From NCBI GenBank assembly GCA_963675295.2, contig CAXXKJ010000002.1, positions 1,696,001-1,760,000 of the forward strand: a DNA stretch of 64,000 bases, read 5' to 3'. The translations under genes and the position numbers were made by a program. Position 1 is the first letter of the stretch; the number at the start of each line of letters is the position of its first letter. Below the pieces are notes generated by a model, which saw nothing but the letters and a program-made list of their open reading frames with translations, was not told the DNA's origin and did no database searches. Source of the DNA: a bacterium. Its GTDB lineage: Bacteria; Electryoneota; Electryoneia; Electryoneales; Electryoneaceae. Of this stretch, positions 17,991 to 28,188 are shown piece after piece.

Positions 17991-20018
17991 ATGAAGACGT
18001 GGTCACTTCTTGGCGTCCTGACGCTGTTGTTTGCCACCGTGGCATTCGGACAGGCGGTCGAACGCACGCATGATATTGTCCCGGAAGACTATTTCACGCA
18101 GGTATTTCTCACCGATTGCGCGGTATCCCCGGACGGTGAGCTGACGGCATTTGTCGATTACCGTTGGGACAAGGTGAATGATCGCCGCTCGCGCGACTTG
18201 TGGGTGGTGAACAACGAGACGCTGGCGACTACGCGTCTCACGTTTGACCCGGGCAACGAGTTCAGCCCGCAGTGGTCCCCGGACAGCAAGTGGGTCTATT
18301 TCCTCGGTCACATGAGCCGTGGCGGCGACATGACCAAGGCACCGTACGATGGCAGCTCGCAGGTCTGGCGTGTCAACCCGGACGGCAACGGCCTGATGCC
18401 GGTGACCAGCGTGCCGGGCGGGATTTACGGGTACGAGCTGTCGGCGGACGGCAAAACGTTGTATTACACCCTCGCGAAAGAGATCAGCGTCGGCGAGTGG
18501 CAGGACATGAAGGCCACGTACGCCAATGTCACCTACGCCGAGGGCACGAACGAAGTCTGCGAGCTGTGGAAGCTGAACCTGGTGACGTGGCGTGCGGACA
18601 AGCTGTTCGCGCCCGAGCTGCACATCCATGAGTTTTCCGTCTCGCCGAACGAGCAGAAGGTTGCGATGATCACTACCGAGAGCGGCAAACTGATCGAGCT
18701 CGAGGGGTGGTCCAATGTGACGATCTACGATGCCGAGACCGGCGACTCGTATGACCTGTACGACCAATTGTGGCGTGACGATGCGCCGTCCCCGCACGGG
18801 TGGCTCGGCGAACCAACGTGGAACGATTCCGGCAACAAGCTGGCGTTCACCGTCGACTTTGACGGCTATCCGGCCGAGGTAATTGTCTCCGACTTTTCGG
18901 AACGTGCGGCGAATCTGATGCGCATGCCGCGTCCGGAGATGGTGCACGTCGCCGGGCATATCCACTGGCTGCCGGAGAGTGACGAGGAGATTGCGTTTGT
19001 CGGGCACAACCTCGCCCGTCAGCGGGTCTACAGCGTGGAGCTGGGTACCGGTGACTACAAGACGTTGACCAACGGCGACGTGGTCATCGACAACTTCGGG
19101 TTCACCGGTGACGGGGAAGATCTGGTCGCGATCCAGAGCACGTTGACCTACTACCAGGATCTCGTCTACTACAAGGGCAACAAGTCAACGCGGATCACGA
19201 AGCTGAATCCGCAGGTGGACACATGGAAGCTTCCGCAGATCCAGATCGTCGAGTGGGAAGGTGCGAACGGCGACATGGTCTCCGGCATTCTTGAGCTTCC
19301 GCCGGACTATGAGCCGGGCCAGAAGCTGCCGCTGCATCTCACGTTGCACGGTGGCCCGACCGTTGCCGAACCGTATTGCTTCCAGTTGTGGATTTACGGA
19401 CGCGCGTCCTTCGCCGCCAAGGGCTGGGCGATGCTGTCGCCGAATTATCGTGGCTCGCTGGGGTACGGTGACGAGTTCCTCACCGACCTGATCGGTCACG
19501 AGAACGATTGGGACGTGAAGGACATCATGGCCGGCGTTGACTATCTCATCGCGGAAGGTATTGTCGACGAGGACAAGATGGGTGTCAGCGGCTGGAGTAA
19601 CGGCGGATTCCTGACCAACGCGCTGATCGCGTCGAACCGTTTCAAGGCGGCGAGCACCGGCGCTGGTGTGCTTGACATGACGATGCAGCTGGTGATGGAG
19701 GATACTCCTGGCCACGTGGTCAACTTCATGCAGTCGTTGCCGTGGGAGAATCCGGAAGCGTACATCCACGGATCCCCGATCTTCACGTTCCACGATGGCA
19801 TCAAGACGGCGGTGTTGATCCACGTCGGCGAAAATGATCCGCGAGTTCCGCCCGCGCACAGTGTCGGCCTGCATCGCATGCTGAAGCATTACCTCGGCGT
19901 CAACAGCGAATTGATCATCTACCCGGGTGCCGGTCACAACCTGACCAAGTACACGCACCGTCTCGCGAAAGCGAAGTGGGACCACGCGTGGTTCGACAAA
20001 TACGTGCTCGGGAAGTAA
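17991..20018 (+). CDS. S9 family (prolyl oligopeptidase/acylaminoacyl peptidase-like) serine peptidase
   Basis: Signal peptide, PD40-like propeller (PQWSPD), HGGP, NYRGS, nucleophile GWSNGG, D(PRV) and GAGH. Confidence 0.9.
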   Translation: MKTWSLLGVLTLLFATVAFGQAVERTHDIVPEDYFTQVFLTDCAVSPDGELTAFVDYRWDKVNDRRSRDLWVVNNETLATTRLTFDPGNEFSPQWSPDSKWVYFLGHMSRGGDMTKAPYDGSSQVWRVNPDGNGLMPVTSVPGGIYGYELSADGKTLYYTLAKEISVGEWQDMKATYANVTYAEGTNEVCELWKLNLVTWRADKLFAPELHIHEFSVSPNEQKVAMITTESGKLIELEGWSNVTIYDAETGDSYDLYDQLWRDDAPSPHGWLGEPTWNDSGNKLAFTVDFDGYPAEVIVSDFSERAANLMRMPRPEMVHVAGHIHWLPESDEEIAFVGHNLARQRVYSVELGTGDYKTLTNGDVVIDNFGFTGDGEDLVAIQSTLTYYQDLVYYKGNKSTRITKLNPQVDTWKLPQIQIVEWEGANGDMVSGILELPPDYEPGQKLPLHLTLHGGPTVAEPYCFQLWIYGRASFAAKGWAMLSPNYRGSLGYGDEFLTDLIGHENDWDVKDIMAGVDYLIAEGIVDEDKMGVSGWSNGGFLTNALIASNRFKAASTGAGVLDMTMQLVMEDTPGHVVNFMQSLPWENPEAYIHGSPIFTFHDGIKTAVLIHVGENDPRVPPAHSVGLHRMLKHYLGVNSELIIYPGAGHNLTKYTHRLAKAKWDHAWFDKYVLGK

Positions 20019-20056
20019 CGCGGCGACGTGTACAGGATTGCGTTCTGAACCGTCTG

Positions 20057-20087
20057 ACGGCCCGGATTTCACACTCCGGGCCGTTTT
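20057..20087 (+). terminator. Rho-independent terminator
   Basis: ACGGCCCGGA-N8-TCCGGGCCGT followed by TTT. Confidence 0.65.
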
Positions 20088-20267
20088 CCGTGTTGGCGGC
20101 TATAAGCCGTGATCGTATATTGCGAATCCAATTGCGGCACCCCTCCCCCGGAAATCCCTCAAAGCCTTGTCCAATCTTTCACAGGGTAAGGAGTTAGCTT
20201 GTGACAAACGTTTCTTAAGCGTACATTGCTACAGATTGTGTGGACAAACGCGACCTGAGGTGAGCCA

Positions 20268-22514
20268 ATGGCGCCCACTGCTGCCCGGAAAGAACCGAAC
20301 TCCAAATCCGGACGTCGGTTTTCCGTGCTGAATCTCCTTCCCTTTCTGGGTTGGTTCAAGGGGTATACGGTAGGCAAGCTGCGACTCGATTTTATCTCGG
20401 GGTTGACAGTTGCGCTTGTTCTCATTCCACAGTCGATGGCGTACGCGCAGCTGGCGGATTTGCCAGCGTACTACGGCTTGTACGCAGCCTTCCTCCCGCC
20501 GGTCATCGCGGCGCTCTGGGGATCCAGCCATCAACTTGCCACGGGTCCGGTTGCGATTGTATCGCTGATGACCTCGACCGCGCTGGCGCCGATGGCGACA
20601 GCCGGCAGCGAGAGTTTCATCATGTATGCGATTCTGCTCGCTGTCACGGTCGGCCTGTTCCAGTTTTTCCTCGGTGTGTTCCGGCTCGGGATGGTGGTCA
20701 ATTTCCTTTCGCATCCGGTGGTGAATGGTTTCACCAACGCCGCCGCGATCATCATCGCCACCTCGCAGCTGTCGAAACTGTTCGGCGTGAACGTTGACAA
20801 GGCCGAGCATCATTACGAGACGATCTACCGTGTCGTGATTGCGGCGTTCCATCACACGCACTGGCCCACGCTCGGCCTCGCGGTGCTGGCTTTCGCGATC
20901 ATGATCATCCTGCGGCAGATTGATCGCCGCATTCCGAATGTGCTCATCGCGGTGGTGGTGACCACGATCATCTCCTGGGCGATCGGGTTTGAACAGAACA
21001 TTCACATTTGCGAATCAGCGATTGTTTCCGGAGACGTTCACGAGCAGATCGACGCATACAACTCGACATTGAACCAGATCGACAGCCTGATGACGGAACG
21101 AATTGCGATCAGTTCGCAAATTCGTGAGGCCGAATCGACCTATGGCAAGAACTCGGAAGAGATCATCGAGCTGGAATCGCAGCGGGCGAAGTATGACGTC
21201 AAGGTTAACCGCTTGCGTGAACTCGCGAGCGAACATCGTGCAGAGATTCGCGAATACCGCCTGGTTCGAACCGCCGCCGAAGCTGAAACGTTCATCCGCG
21301 CCGCCACCCGGGAGAAGGACCCGGTCTCCGGCCATCACTGGAAGCTGCGTGTCGGCAACCGGCAGTTGAACGTGGAGGATTTGACGCTTGTCGGTGGGGG
21401 GGATGTCGTCGGGGTTATCCCACGCGGCTTGCCGTCAATTACGGTACCCAAGTTTGACTGGGTGATCATGGTGCAGTTGCTGCCGATGGCGATTGTGATT
21501 TCGCTGCTTGGGTTCATGGAAGCGATTTCAATTGCCAAGGCGATGGCGGCGCGCACTGGCCAGCGACTCGACCCAAACCAGGAGTTGATCGGGCAGGGGC
21601 TGGCGAACATGGTCGGCGCATTCAGCCTCAGTTACCCGGTATCGGGCTCGTTCTCGCGTTCGGCGGTCAACCTGCAGGCGGGCGCGGCGACCGGTCTTTC
21701 GAGCGCGTTCAGCAGCATCGTGGTGATGGTCACGCTGCTGTTCTTCACGCCGCTGTTGTATCACCTTCCGCAGTCAGTGCTGGCGGCGATCATCATGATG
21801 GCGGTGATCGGTCTGGTCAACGTCAGCGGGTTCATTCACGCGTGGAAGGCACAGAAGTTCGACGGCGTCATCTCGATTATCACCTTCGTGCTGACGTTGC
21901 TGTTCGCGCCGCACCTGGACAAGGGGATCATCGTTGGTGTGTTGCTGTCGCTGGTGCTGTACCTGCTGCGCAACATGAAGCCGAGCATTGCGATGCTTTC
22001 CCGCACGGCGGACGGCCACTACCGCAACGCCGAACGTTGGGACCTGAAGTTGTGCAAGCATGTCGCGGCGGTACGGTTCAACAACTCGCTCATCTTCGCC
22101 AACGTTAATTATCTCGAAGACAAGATCATGGACGTGGTGATGCAGATGCCGGAGTTGAAGCACATCATCATCGTCGGTAACGGGATGAACGAGCTGGATG
22201 CGTCCGGTGAGGTAACCATCTCGAAACTTGTCACACAGCTTCGTGAGAAGAAAATCGAGATTTCATTCTCCGGGTTGAACGATCACGTGATGGACGTGTT
22301 GCATCGAACTCACCTGTATGAAAAGATCGGCAAGGAACATTTCTACCTGAGTCTCACCCAGGCGATTGAGACGATTCACAAGGGAACGTGCATCGCGACT
22401 GGCGCGATGGATTGCCCCTTGATCATCGGCAGCTTCAAGGCGTTCGAAATCGCGGAAGAGTTCAAGCACGAGGTGCACGGTTCGCCCCTCGGTATGAAGA
22501 AGCCGAAGTCATAA
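20268..22514 (+). CDS. SulP family inorganic anion transporter with STAS domain
   Basis: DFISGLTVALVLIPQSMAYA, NQELIGQGLAN, GSFSRSAVN; C-terminal STAS (FAN...ELDASG). Confidence 0.92.
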   Translation: MAPTAARKEPNSKSGRRFSVLNLLPFLGWFKGYTVGKLRLDFISGLTVALVLIPQSMAYAQLADLPAYYGLYAAFLPPVIAALWGSSHQLATGPVAIVSLMTSTALAPMATAGSESFIMYAILLAVTVGLFQFFLGVFRLGMVVNFLSHPVVNGFTNAAAIIIATSQLSKLFGVNVDKAEHHYETIYRVVIAAFHHTHWPTLGLAVLAFAIMIILRQIDRRIPNVLIAVVVTTIISWAIGFEQNIHICESAIVSGDVHEQIDAYNSTLNQIDSLMTERIAISSQIREAESTYGKNSEEIIELESQRAKYDVKVNRLRELASEHRAEIREYRLVRTAAEAETFIRAATREKDPVSGHHWKLRVGNRQLNVEDLTLVGGGDVVGVIPRGLPSITVPKFDWVIMVQLLPMAIVISLLGFMEAISIAKAMAARTGQRLDPNQELIGQGLANMVGAFSLSYPVSGSFSRSAVNLQAGAATGLSSAFSSIVVMVTLLFFTPLLYHLPQSVLAAIIMMAVIGLVNVSGFIHAWKAQKFDGVISIITFVLTLLFAPHLDKGIIVGVLLSLVLYLLRNMKPSIAMLSRTADGHYRNAERWDLKLCKHVAAVRFNNSLIFANVNYLEDKIMDVVMQMPELKHIIIVGNGMNELDASGEVTISKLVTQLREKKIEISFSGLNDHVMDVLHRTHLYEKIGKEHFYLSLTQAIETIHKGTCIATGAMDCPLIIGSFKAFEIAEEFKHEVHGSPLGMKKPKS

Positions 22515-22580
22515 GTACATTGGGATACGTGGCAGGTCTGGTTTGCACGCAGGCTACCCCCAGCCCGGAAGGAGTTGAGG

Positions 22581-23801
22581 ATGGCGATAGTATCGATTTT
22601 CAGCGGTCCGTTCTGCCATGGTGACGATGTTGTCACCCTGATCACGGAGGAACTGGGGTACCGTCGTATCGAGACGGACGTGCTGGATCTGGCGGCCCGG
22701 GAATTCAGTGTGTCGAAAGACAAGCTGGTCAATGCGATGGCCGGGTCGGCGTCGTTTTTCGACCGGTTCACCAAGGACCGGGAGAAGCACATTGCGTACA
22801 TCCGGTATGCTCTCGCGCAGCTGGTTCAGGACGACAACGTTATCCACCATGGGTTCGCCGGGCACCTGATCCCGCGCAGCTTGAGCCATGTGCTTCGGGT
22901 GTGCCTCATCGCCAACCACGAGTACCGGGTCAAGGTCGCGATGGAAGAGTCCAACGTCGGTGAAAAGCAGGCGGCGGACCTCGTGCAGAAGATGGACAAG
23001 AAGCGGGCGCAGTGGACGCAGTACGTCAACAACCAGTCGCCGTACGATCCGGACGAGTACGACCTGCTGCTGGCGATGCACGACCTGACGGTTGAAGAGG
23101 CGGCGAGCAAGGTGCTGCTGACGGCGGGCAGTGATGCGTTGCGCACCACCGACGCCAGCAAGCAGGCGGCGGTCAACTTCCTGCTTGCGGCGAAGGTGCA
23201 CGTTGCGCTGGCGGAAAAGGGGCACCTGGTCGATGTCCAGGCGGACAACGGCGCGGTGACCATCGCGATCAACAAGTACACCGCTCGTCTGGAAACGTTG
23301 CAGAAGCAGTTGCAGGAGATCGCGCTTGGCATTGACGGTGTGCGTTCCGCGAAGAGCATCCCGGGAATCGGGTTTGTGCCACCCTCGCTGATGCCGAAAA
23401 TGGACCTGCCGAAGAAAGCACTGCTGGTGGATGACGAGGTGGAATTTGTCCACAGCCTGTCCGAACGGCTGGAAACGCGACAGCTGGATTCGTCCGTTGT
23501 CTATGACGGCGAGCAGGCGCTGGAGTATATCCGTAGCGAACAGCCGGATGTGATTGTGCTTGACCTCAAGATGCCGGGCATTGACGGAATCGAGGTGCTG
23601 CGGCGGGTGAAGCAGGATTACCCGGAAGTCGAGGTGATCATACTGACCGGCCACGGGTCTGACCGTGAAGAGCAGATTACGCGGGAGCTGGGCGCGTTTG
23701 CCTACCTGACAAAACCTGTGAATATCGAGGTGTTGGCGGACGCGATGAAGGCGGCGTACGGCAAGGCCGCCCGAAACCTTGCGGGCAGCGATGACGACTG
23801 A
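22581..23801 (+). CDS. Cytidylate-kinase-like/BON-like/receiver fusion response regulator
   Basis: N-terminal CMP-kinase-like fold (HVLRVCLIA...YDPDEYDLLL); C-terminal REC (LLVDDE, LDLKMPG, LTGHG, KP). Confidence 0.75.
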   Translation: MAIVSIFSGPFCHGDDVVTLITEELGYRRIETDVLDLAAREFSVSKDKLVNAMAGSASFFDRFTKDREKHIAYIRYALAQLVQDDNVIHHGFAGHLIPRSLSHVLRVCLIANHEYRVKVAMEESNVGEKQAADLVQKMDKKRAQWTQYVNNQSPYDPDEYDLLLAMHDLTVEEAASKVLLTAGSDALRTTDASKQAAVNFLLAAKVHVALAEKGHLVDVQADNGAVTIAINKYTARLETLQKQLQEIALGIDGVRSAKSIPGIGFVPPSLMPKMDLPKKALLVDDEVEFVHSLSERLETRQLDSSVVYDGEQALEYIRSEQPDVIVLDLKMPGIDGIEVLRRVKQDYPEVEVIILTGHGSDREEQITRELGAFAYLTKPVNIEVLADAMKAAYGKAARNLAGSDDD

Positions 23802-25563
23802 ACAGAGCACCGTGGAGAAGATGGCGGCGTCGGTAGCGGATAAGGACGTCCGTCCAGCCAACTTCTTCATGCAGATGATCCTGCCGCGCCGTTACCTGAA
23901 GCGCGCGGACCGGATCAAGGACTTGCGGCGGTACCGCCGACTGTGGTGGTACACGCTCCTGCTCACTCTGTTCGTTGCCTACCTGCCGCTGTTCGTGATG
24001 ACCGGCGTGAACTACTATATGTATGGCAATAACGTCACCGCCGAATACCGCTACGACATCTCACGCAGCCTGTTCAACGTGTCTCGCTCGCTGGAGTTCG
24101 TGATCGAGGAACGGCTGTCCGTGCTCGAATTGATCACCCACGAAAAGACGGACGCGGAGCTGCTCGACCACACCGACCTGGCCGTCACACTCAGCCACCT
24201 GAAGGAAACATTCGGCGGGTTTGTCGACCTCGGGGTGATCGATCATGAGGGCCGGCAACTGACGTACGTCGGCCCGTACCAGCTGGAAGGCGTGGACTAC
24301 ACTGACCAGGTGTCGTACCAACAGGCGGTGGTGCGCGGGGCGTGCGTCACGGAGGTGTTCATGGGGCACCGGAACGTGCCCCACTTCGCGATCACGGTGA
24401 AGAAGGACACGCCCGGCGGGCAGTTTTACGTGCTGCGTGCGACGATCGACATGGAAATGTTGACCCGGATGATCTATACGCAGACGATGAAGCATTCGGA
24501 CGACATTTTCATCCTCAGCCATTCCGGAATTCTGCAGACACCGTCCCGGTCGCACGGCAACCTGCTCGAACCGGCAAACATTGAGGTGCCACCCTATTCG
24601 CAGAACGGGGAAGTGATCGAGAACGTCGACGAATCGGGTACGGTTCTCGGCTACAGCTACATTGAGGATACGCCGTTCATCCTGATGATCACCAAGGAAC
24701 AGGGTGATGTGTTCGACATGTGGCTCGGCGATCAGACCGAACTGATTGTCTTCCTCGTGCTCAGTGGGTTCCTGATTCTGCTCGTGGTGTTGTGGTCATC
24801 GACGCAGATGGTGCGGCAGATCCGGCAGGGCGACCAGCGGCGGGTCTCGATGCTGATGAATGTTGAGTACACGAACAAGATGGCAACCATTGGCCGGCTG
24901 GCAGCGTCGGTCGCGCATGAGATCAACAACCCGCTCGCGATCATCAACGAAAAGGCCGGTTTGCTGCTGGACATGGCCAATTACATCGATGATTTCCCGG
25001 AGCGGGACAAGACGGTCGCGGCGTTGCAGTCGATCATCCGTTCGGTGGAACGCGGCGGGGATGTGACCCATCGGCTGCTGGCGTTTACGCGCAAGATGGA
25101 ATCGCGATTCGAACCGCTCGATCTGCGGGATGTTCTGTCGGAGGTGATCAGTTTCCTTGAAAAGGAGGCGCGCCATCGCAACATCCAGATCTACCGGGAC
25201 TTTGCGGAGCATGTCCCGCCGATCGAAAGCGACCGCGGGCAGTTGCAGCAGATTTTCCTGAACATCGTCAACAACGCCTTTGCCGCGGTGCCGGACAGCG
25301 GCAAGGTGCGACTGGTGGTCGAACCGCAGGACCACCATCATGTGCGGGTGCAGATCGAGGATAACGGCACCGGGATCTCACCGGAGAACCTGAAGCACAT
25401 TTTCGAACCATTTTTCTCGACACGCGGCGACTTCGGCACCGGCCTCGGGCTGTCGATTACCTACGGCCTGGTCAACAAGCTCGGCGGAACAGTCAATGTG
25501 GAATCCGAGCTCGGCGAGGGGACAACGTTCACCATCGTCCTGCCGACGACGCGTCCGGAATAA
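23791..25563 (+). CDS. Membrane sensor histidine kinase (Cache-like extracytoplasmic domain, NtrB-like core)
   Basis: Two TM segments; AHEINNPL, QIFLNIVNNA, DNGTG, FEPFFST, GTGLGL. Confidence 0.9.
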   Translation: MTTEQSTVEKMAASVADKDVRPANFFMQMILPRRYLKRADRIKDLRRYRRLWWYTLLLTLFVAYLPLFVMTGVNYYMYGNNVTAEYRYDISRSLFNVSRSLEFVIEERLSVLELITHEKTDAELLDHTDLAVTLSHLKETFGGFVDLGVIDHEGRQLTYVGPYQLEGVDYTDQVSYQQAVVRGACVTEVFMGHRNVPHFAITVKKDTPGGQFYVLRATIDMEMLTRMIYTQTMKHSDDIFILSHSGILQTPSRSHGNLLEPANIEVPPYSQNGEVIENVDESGTVLGYSYIEDTPFILMITKEQGDVFDMWLGDQTELIVFLVLSGFLILLVVLWSSTQMVRQIRQGDQRRVSMLMNVEYTNKMATIGRLAASVAHEINNPLAIINEKAGLLLDMANYIDDFPERDKTVAALQSIIRSVERGGDVTHRLLAFTRKMESRFEPLDLRDVLSEVISFLEKEARHRNIQIYRDFAEHVPPIESDRGQLQQIFLNIVNNAFAAVPDSGKVRLVVEPQDHHHVRVQIEDNGTGISPENLKHIFEPFFSTRGDFGTGLGLSITYGLVNKLGGTVNVESELGEGTTFTIVLPTTRPE

Positions 25564-25575
25564 CGGAGGTCAGCC

Positions 25576-25941
25576 ATGGATAAACCGAGAGTCTTGTTAA
25601 TCGACGATGAGGAGGAGTTGGTTCACACCCTCGTCGAACGGCTGGCCTACCGGAACATCGAAGCCGTCGCCGAGATGGACGGCCACAGCGCGCTGGAACG
25701 GATCACGACCGAACAGTTCGACGTCGTGATCGCGGATCTGAAGATGCCCGGCCTCAGTGGCATGGAGGTGGTGGAGATTCTGCGGGAACGGTATCCGCAT
25801 GTAAAAATCCTGTTGATCACCGGTCATGGACGGCTGGACGAAGAGATCGAGATGGACATTGAGGGAGTGCACGAGGTGCTGATCAAACCGTTCAAGATCG
25901 ACAACCTGGTCGCCTCGATTCACCAGGCGCTGGCGAGCTGA
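25576..25941 (+). CDS. Single-domain response regulator
   Basis: LLIDDE, ADLKMPG, ITGHG, KPF. Confidence 0.9.
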   Translation: MDKPRVLLIDDEEELVHTLVERLAYRNIEAVAEMDGHSALERITTEQFDVVIADLKMPGLSGMEVVEILRERYPHVKILLITGHGRLDEEIEMDIEGVHEVLIKPFKIDNLVASIHQALAS

Positions 25942-25959
25942 GCGAGGGATGTATTGACG

Positions 25960-26640
25960 ATGGACGAACACGGACATCCGCAGCCCCTCAGCGACGACCT
26001 TGCGTTTTTCGGCCGCATCTCCGCCGGGGTCACGCACGAACTGAACAACGTTGTTTCGATCATCGAACAGGTGACCGGCCTGCTCGAGGATCAGCTTTAC
26101 AGCGCCAATTCCGGCGGCACGCTCGACGTGGACAAGCTCCAGTCGGTGCATGACCGGATCATGGCGCAAATTGACCGTGGCGTGGAGCTGATTCACAATC
26201 TGAACCGTTTCTCGCACACCGTTGACGAAGCCGAACGCGACACCGACCTCGCTGAGCTGATGGCGATCCACAGTGTGCTCGGACGGCGGTTCGCGGCGCT
26301 GAAGAACGTCTCGTTCGAGGTATCGTTGAGCGCGGCGTCAATCATCGTTCGCTGCAGCCCGTTCCGGTTGTTGGAAGCGGTGTTCGCGGTTGAGCTGGCG
26401 GCGTTGGCGACAATGAACCCGGACGATCAGTTGACGCTCGCGATGATTCATGAACCCGGCCGGGCGGGGATCCGGGTGACTGGGGGAGCGTTCGAGAACC
26501 TCGGTGACAATGATGAATTGACCCGGGCGAAAGCGTTGCTGGCGGAGATGAACGGCGAGCTGCAGCTCCTCGACGATGACAACGGCGGCCAGAAAATCGA
26601 GATCTGGCTTCCGGCAACGGTCATCAGTGATGTATTTTGA
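25960..26640 (+). CDS. HisKA protein with degenerate ATPase domain (possible phosphotransferase)
   Basis: H-box GVTHELNN present; N, G1, F and G2 boxes not recognisable. Confidence 0.7.
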   Translation: MDEHGHPQPLSDDLAFFGRISAGVTHELNNVVSIIEQVTGLLEDQLYSANSGGTLDVDKLQSVHDRIMAQIDRGVELIHNLNRFSHTVDEAERDTDLAELMAIHSVLGRRFAALKNVSFEVSLSAASIIVRCSPFRLLEAVFAVELAALATMNPDDQLTLAMIHEPGRAGIRVTGGAFENLGDNDELTRAKALLAEMNGELQLLDDDNGGQKIEIWLPATVISDVF

Positions 26641-26694
26641 CCGGTAGACATGGATGTGCCGCCTCAACCGGGCGACCTTGATTCGGGGGAACCG

Positions 26695-27138
26695 ATGGAA
26701 AACGAAGCTCTGGGAATCCGGGTACTGCTGGTGGATGACGAAGTCGAGTTCACCAGTGCGCTGGCGGAACGGATGCGCACTCGCGGGCTCGATGTTGATG
26801 TGTCATCCAACGGCGCGGAAGCGTTGCGGATGGCGGAGTCGGAGGTTTACAACGCGGTCGTGCTCGATCTCGCCATGCCCGGCATGGATGGCATCGAAAC
26901 CCTGAAGCGCATGCTCGGCAACAATCCCGACCTGCAGGTGATCCTGCTGACCGGTCACGCGACGCTGGAGAAAAGTGTCGAGGCGATGAAGTCCGGCGCG
27001 ATGGAATTCATGACCAAGCCGGCGAAGATCGACGTGCTGGTGGAGAAGATACGGGAAGCCCATCAGCACCACGAACAATTGACCATCGCCCGCATCGAGG
27101 ATACAATGAACGAGATCCAGAAACGGATGGGGTGGTAA
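26695..27138 (+). CDS. Response regulator (receiver domain with short helical tail)
   Basis: LLVDDE, LDLAMPG, LTGH, KP; RBS GGGGGA before ATG 26695. Confidence 0.9.
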   Translation: MENEALGIRVLLVDDEVEFTSALAERMRTRGLDVDVSSNGAEALRMAESEVYNAVVLDLAMPGMDGIETLKRMLGNNPDLQVILLTGHATLEKSVEAMKSGAMEFMTKPAKIDVLVEKIREAHQHHEQLTIARIEDTMNEIQKRMGW

Positions 27139-27193
27139 ACTGACGTAAGCCGCCGAATACTGCAGTCCTGTTCAACGTCAACTTGATACTTCT

Positions 27194-27223
27194 AGCCCGT
27201 GCTTGCTTGCAAGCGCGGGTTTT
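27194..27223. terminator. Hairpin between convergent genes
   Basis: AGCCCGTGCTTG-CTTG-CAAGCGCGGGTT followed by TT. Confidence 0.55.
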
Positions 27224-27260
27224 CTCACGGCTGGGTTTCTATCGTTGAGTGCGCAGGTTT

Positions 27261-28142
27261 TCAGTCTTGATTATCGGTGCGTGGTTTTTTCCGCACCCGT
27301 AGCACCACCGTTTCCGAAATACGATCGTGGACAGCTTGCCGGTTCGGGTGCCACAGCGCCTCGAGGAAGCCGAGGCCGAGTGTCGCGACGCTCGCGCTGT
27401 AGCCGCCGGCCCGGCCGAACGCATCCCACAGGTTCAACCGTTTGTTGTCGATGCGGATCACCCGGATGCGGAAGATCCATTTCCCCGGCGTGAATCCGTG
27501 CAGCAGCCAGATACAGAACGTGAAGTACACGATCAGCACCGCGCCGAAGTTCGCAATGATCGAGATGTGGCCCATGTAGATGTACATCCCGGCGTGGACG
27601 GTCCGTGTGCGTTCGTCGAAACGTGTGATTGGTTTGTCGGAAAAGGCGACCTGGAAGTTCCATTCCCACGTTGCCGCCAGCGAATCAACCGTTGCCGAGT
27701 CGATGTAGGTGGCATAGGTGAAGGTCGTATCGCCGCTGACGGTATCGATTTCCGTCGCAATGACCGTGGTCGAATCCACCGTTTCAAACGCCTCGATGAA
27801 TTCCCCTGGCAATCGTTCCGGCATCCGTTTGTAGATCAGGTACATCGTTTCGTTAATGAACTCACGCCACAACGGTTCACGTGCTTCCTCGTCCTCGGTG
27901 GTTCGGATTTCGTGCAGCAGTTCAATCGCACGCGGTGCGGCGAGTTTGGTCGAGAAATAGGCGACACCAAACAGGGTGGGGATGCTGAACAGGACGATCA
28001 GCAGCAGGTCAAAGGCAAAGGCAACGAGTCGGCGGCGGAAAGAGGCCAGTTCCGCGCCGGCCACATCTGGAGCGACACGCATCGCCTCCTCGGTGACAGT
28101 GCGGAATCGTGTGCTGCGCCTGAACTTGTGTTGACTGCTCAT
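27261..28142 (-). CDS. RDD family membrane protein
   Basis: ASFRRRLVAFAFD; GFTPGKWIFRIRV; QAVHDRISETVV. Confidence 0.88.
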   Translation of the reverse strand: MSSQHKFRRSTRFRTVTEEAMRVAPDVAGAELASFRRRLVAFAFDLLLIVLFSIPTLFGVAYFSTKLAAPRAIELLHEIRTTEDEEAREPLWREFINETMYLIYKRMPERLPGEFIEAFETVDSTTVIATEIDTVSGDTTFTYATYIDSATVDSLAATWEWNFQVAFSDKPITRFDERTRTVHAGMYIYMGHISIIANFGAVLIVYFTFCIWLLHGFTPGKWIFRIRVIRIDNKRLNLWDAFGRAGGYSASVATLGLGFLEALWHPNRQAVHDRISETVVLRVRKKPRTDNQD

Positions 28143-28188
28143 GGTACGCCGGGAATTGTCTTGCTGTTTGCACTGAGCCGGATCTGTT

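Noticed and set aside
22554-23870. Long antisense ORFs (e.g. 22554-23870, 48335-49540, 51795-52886, 54691-56241)
   Set aside because: Shadow frames of GC-rich genes that have clear motifs on the opposite strand.
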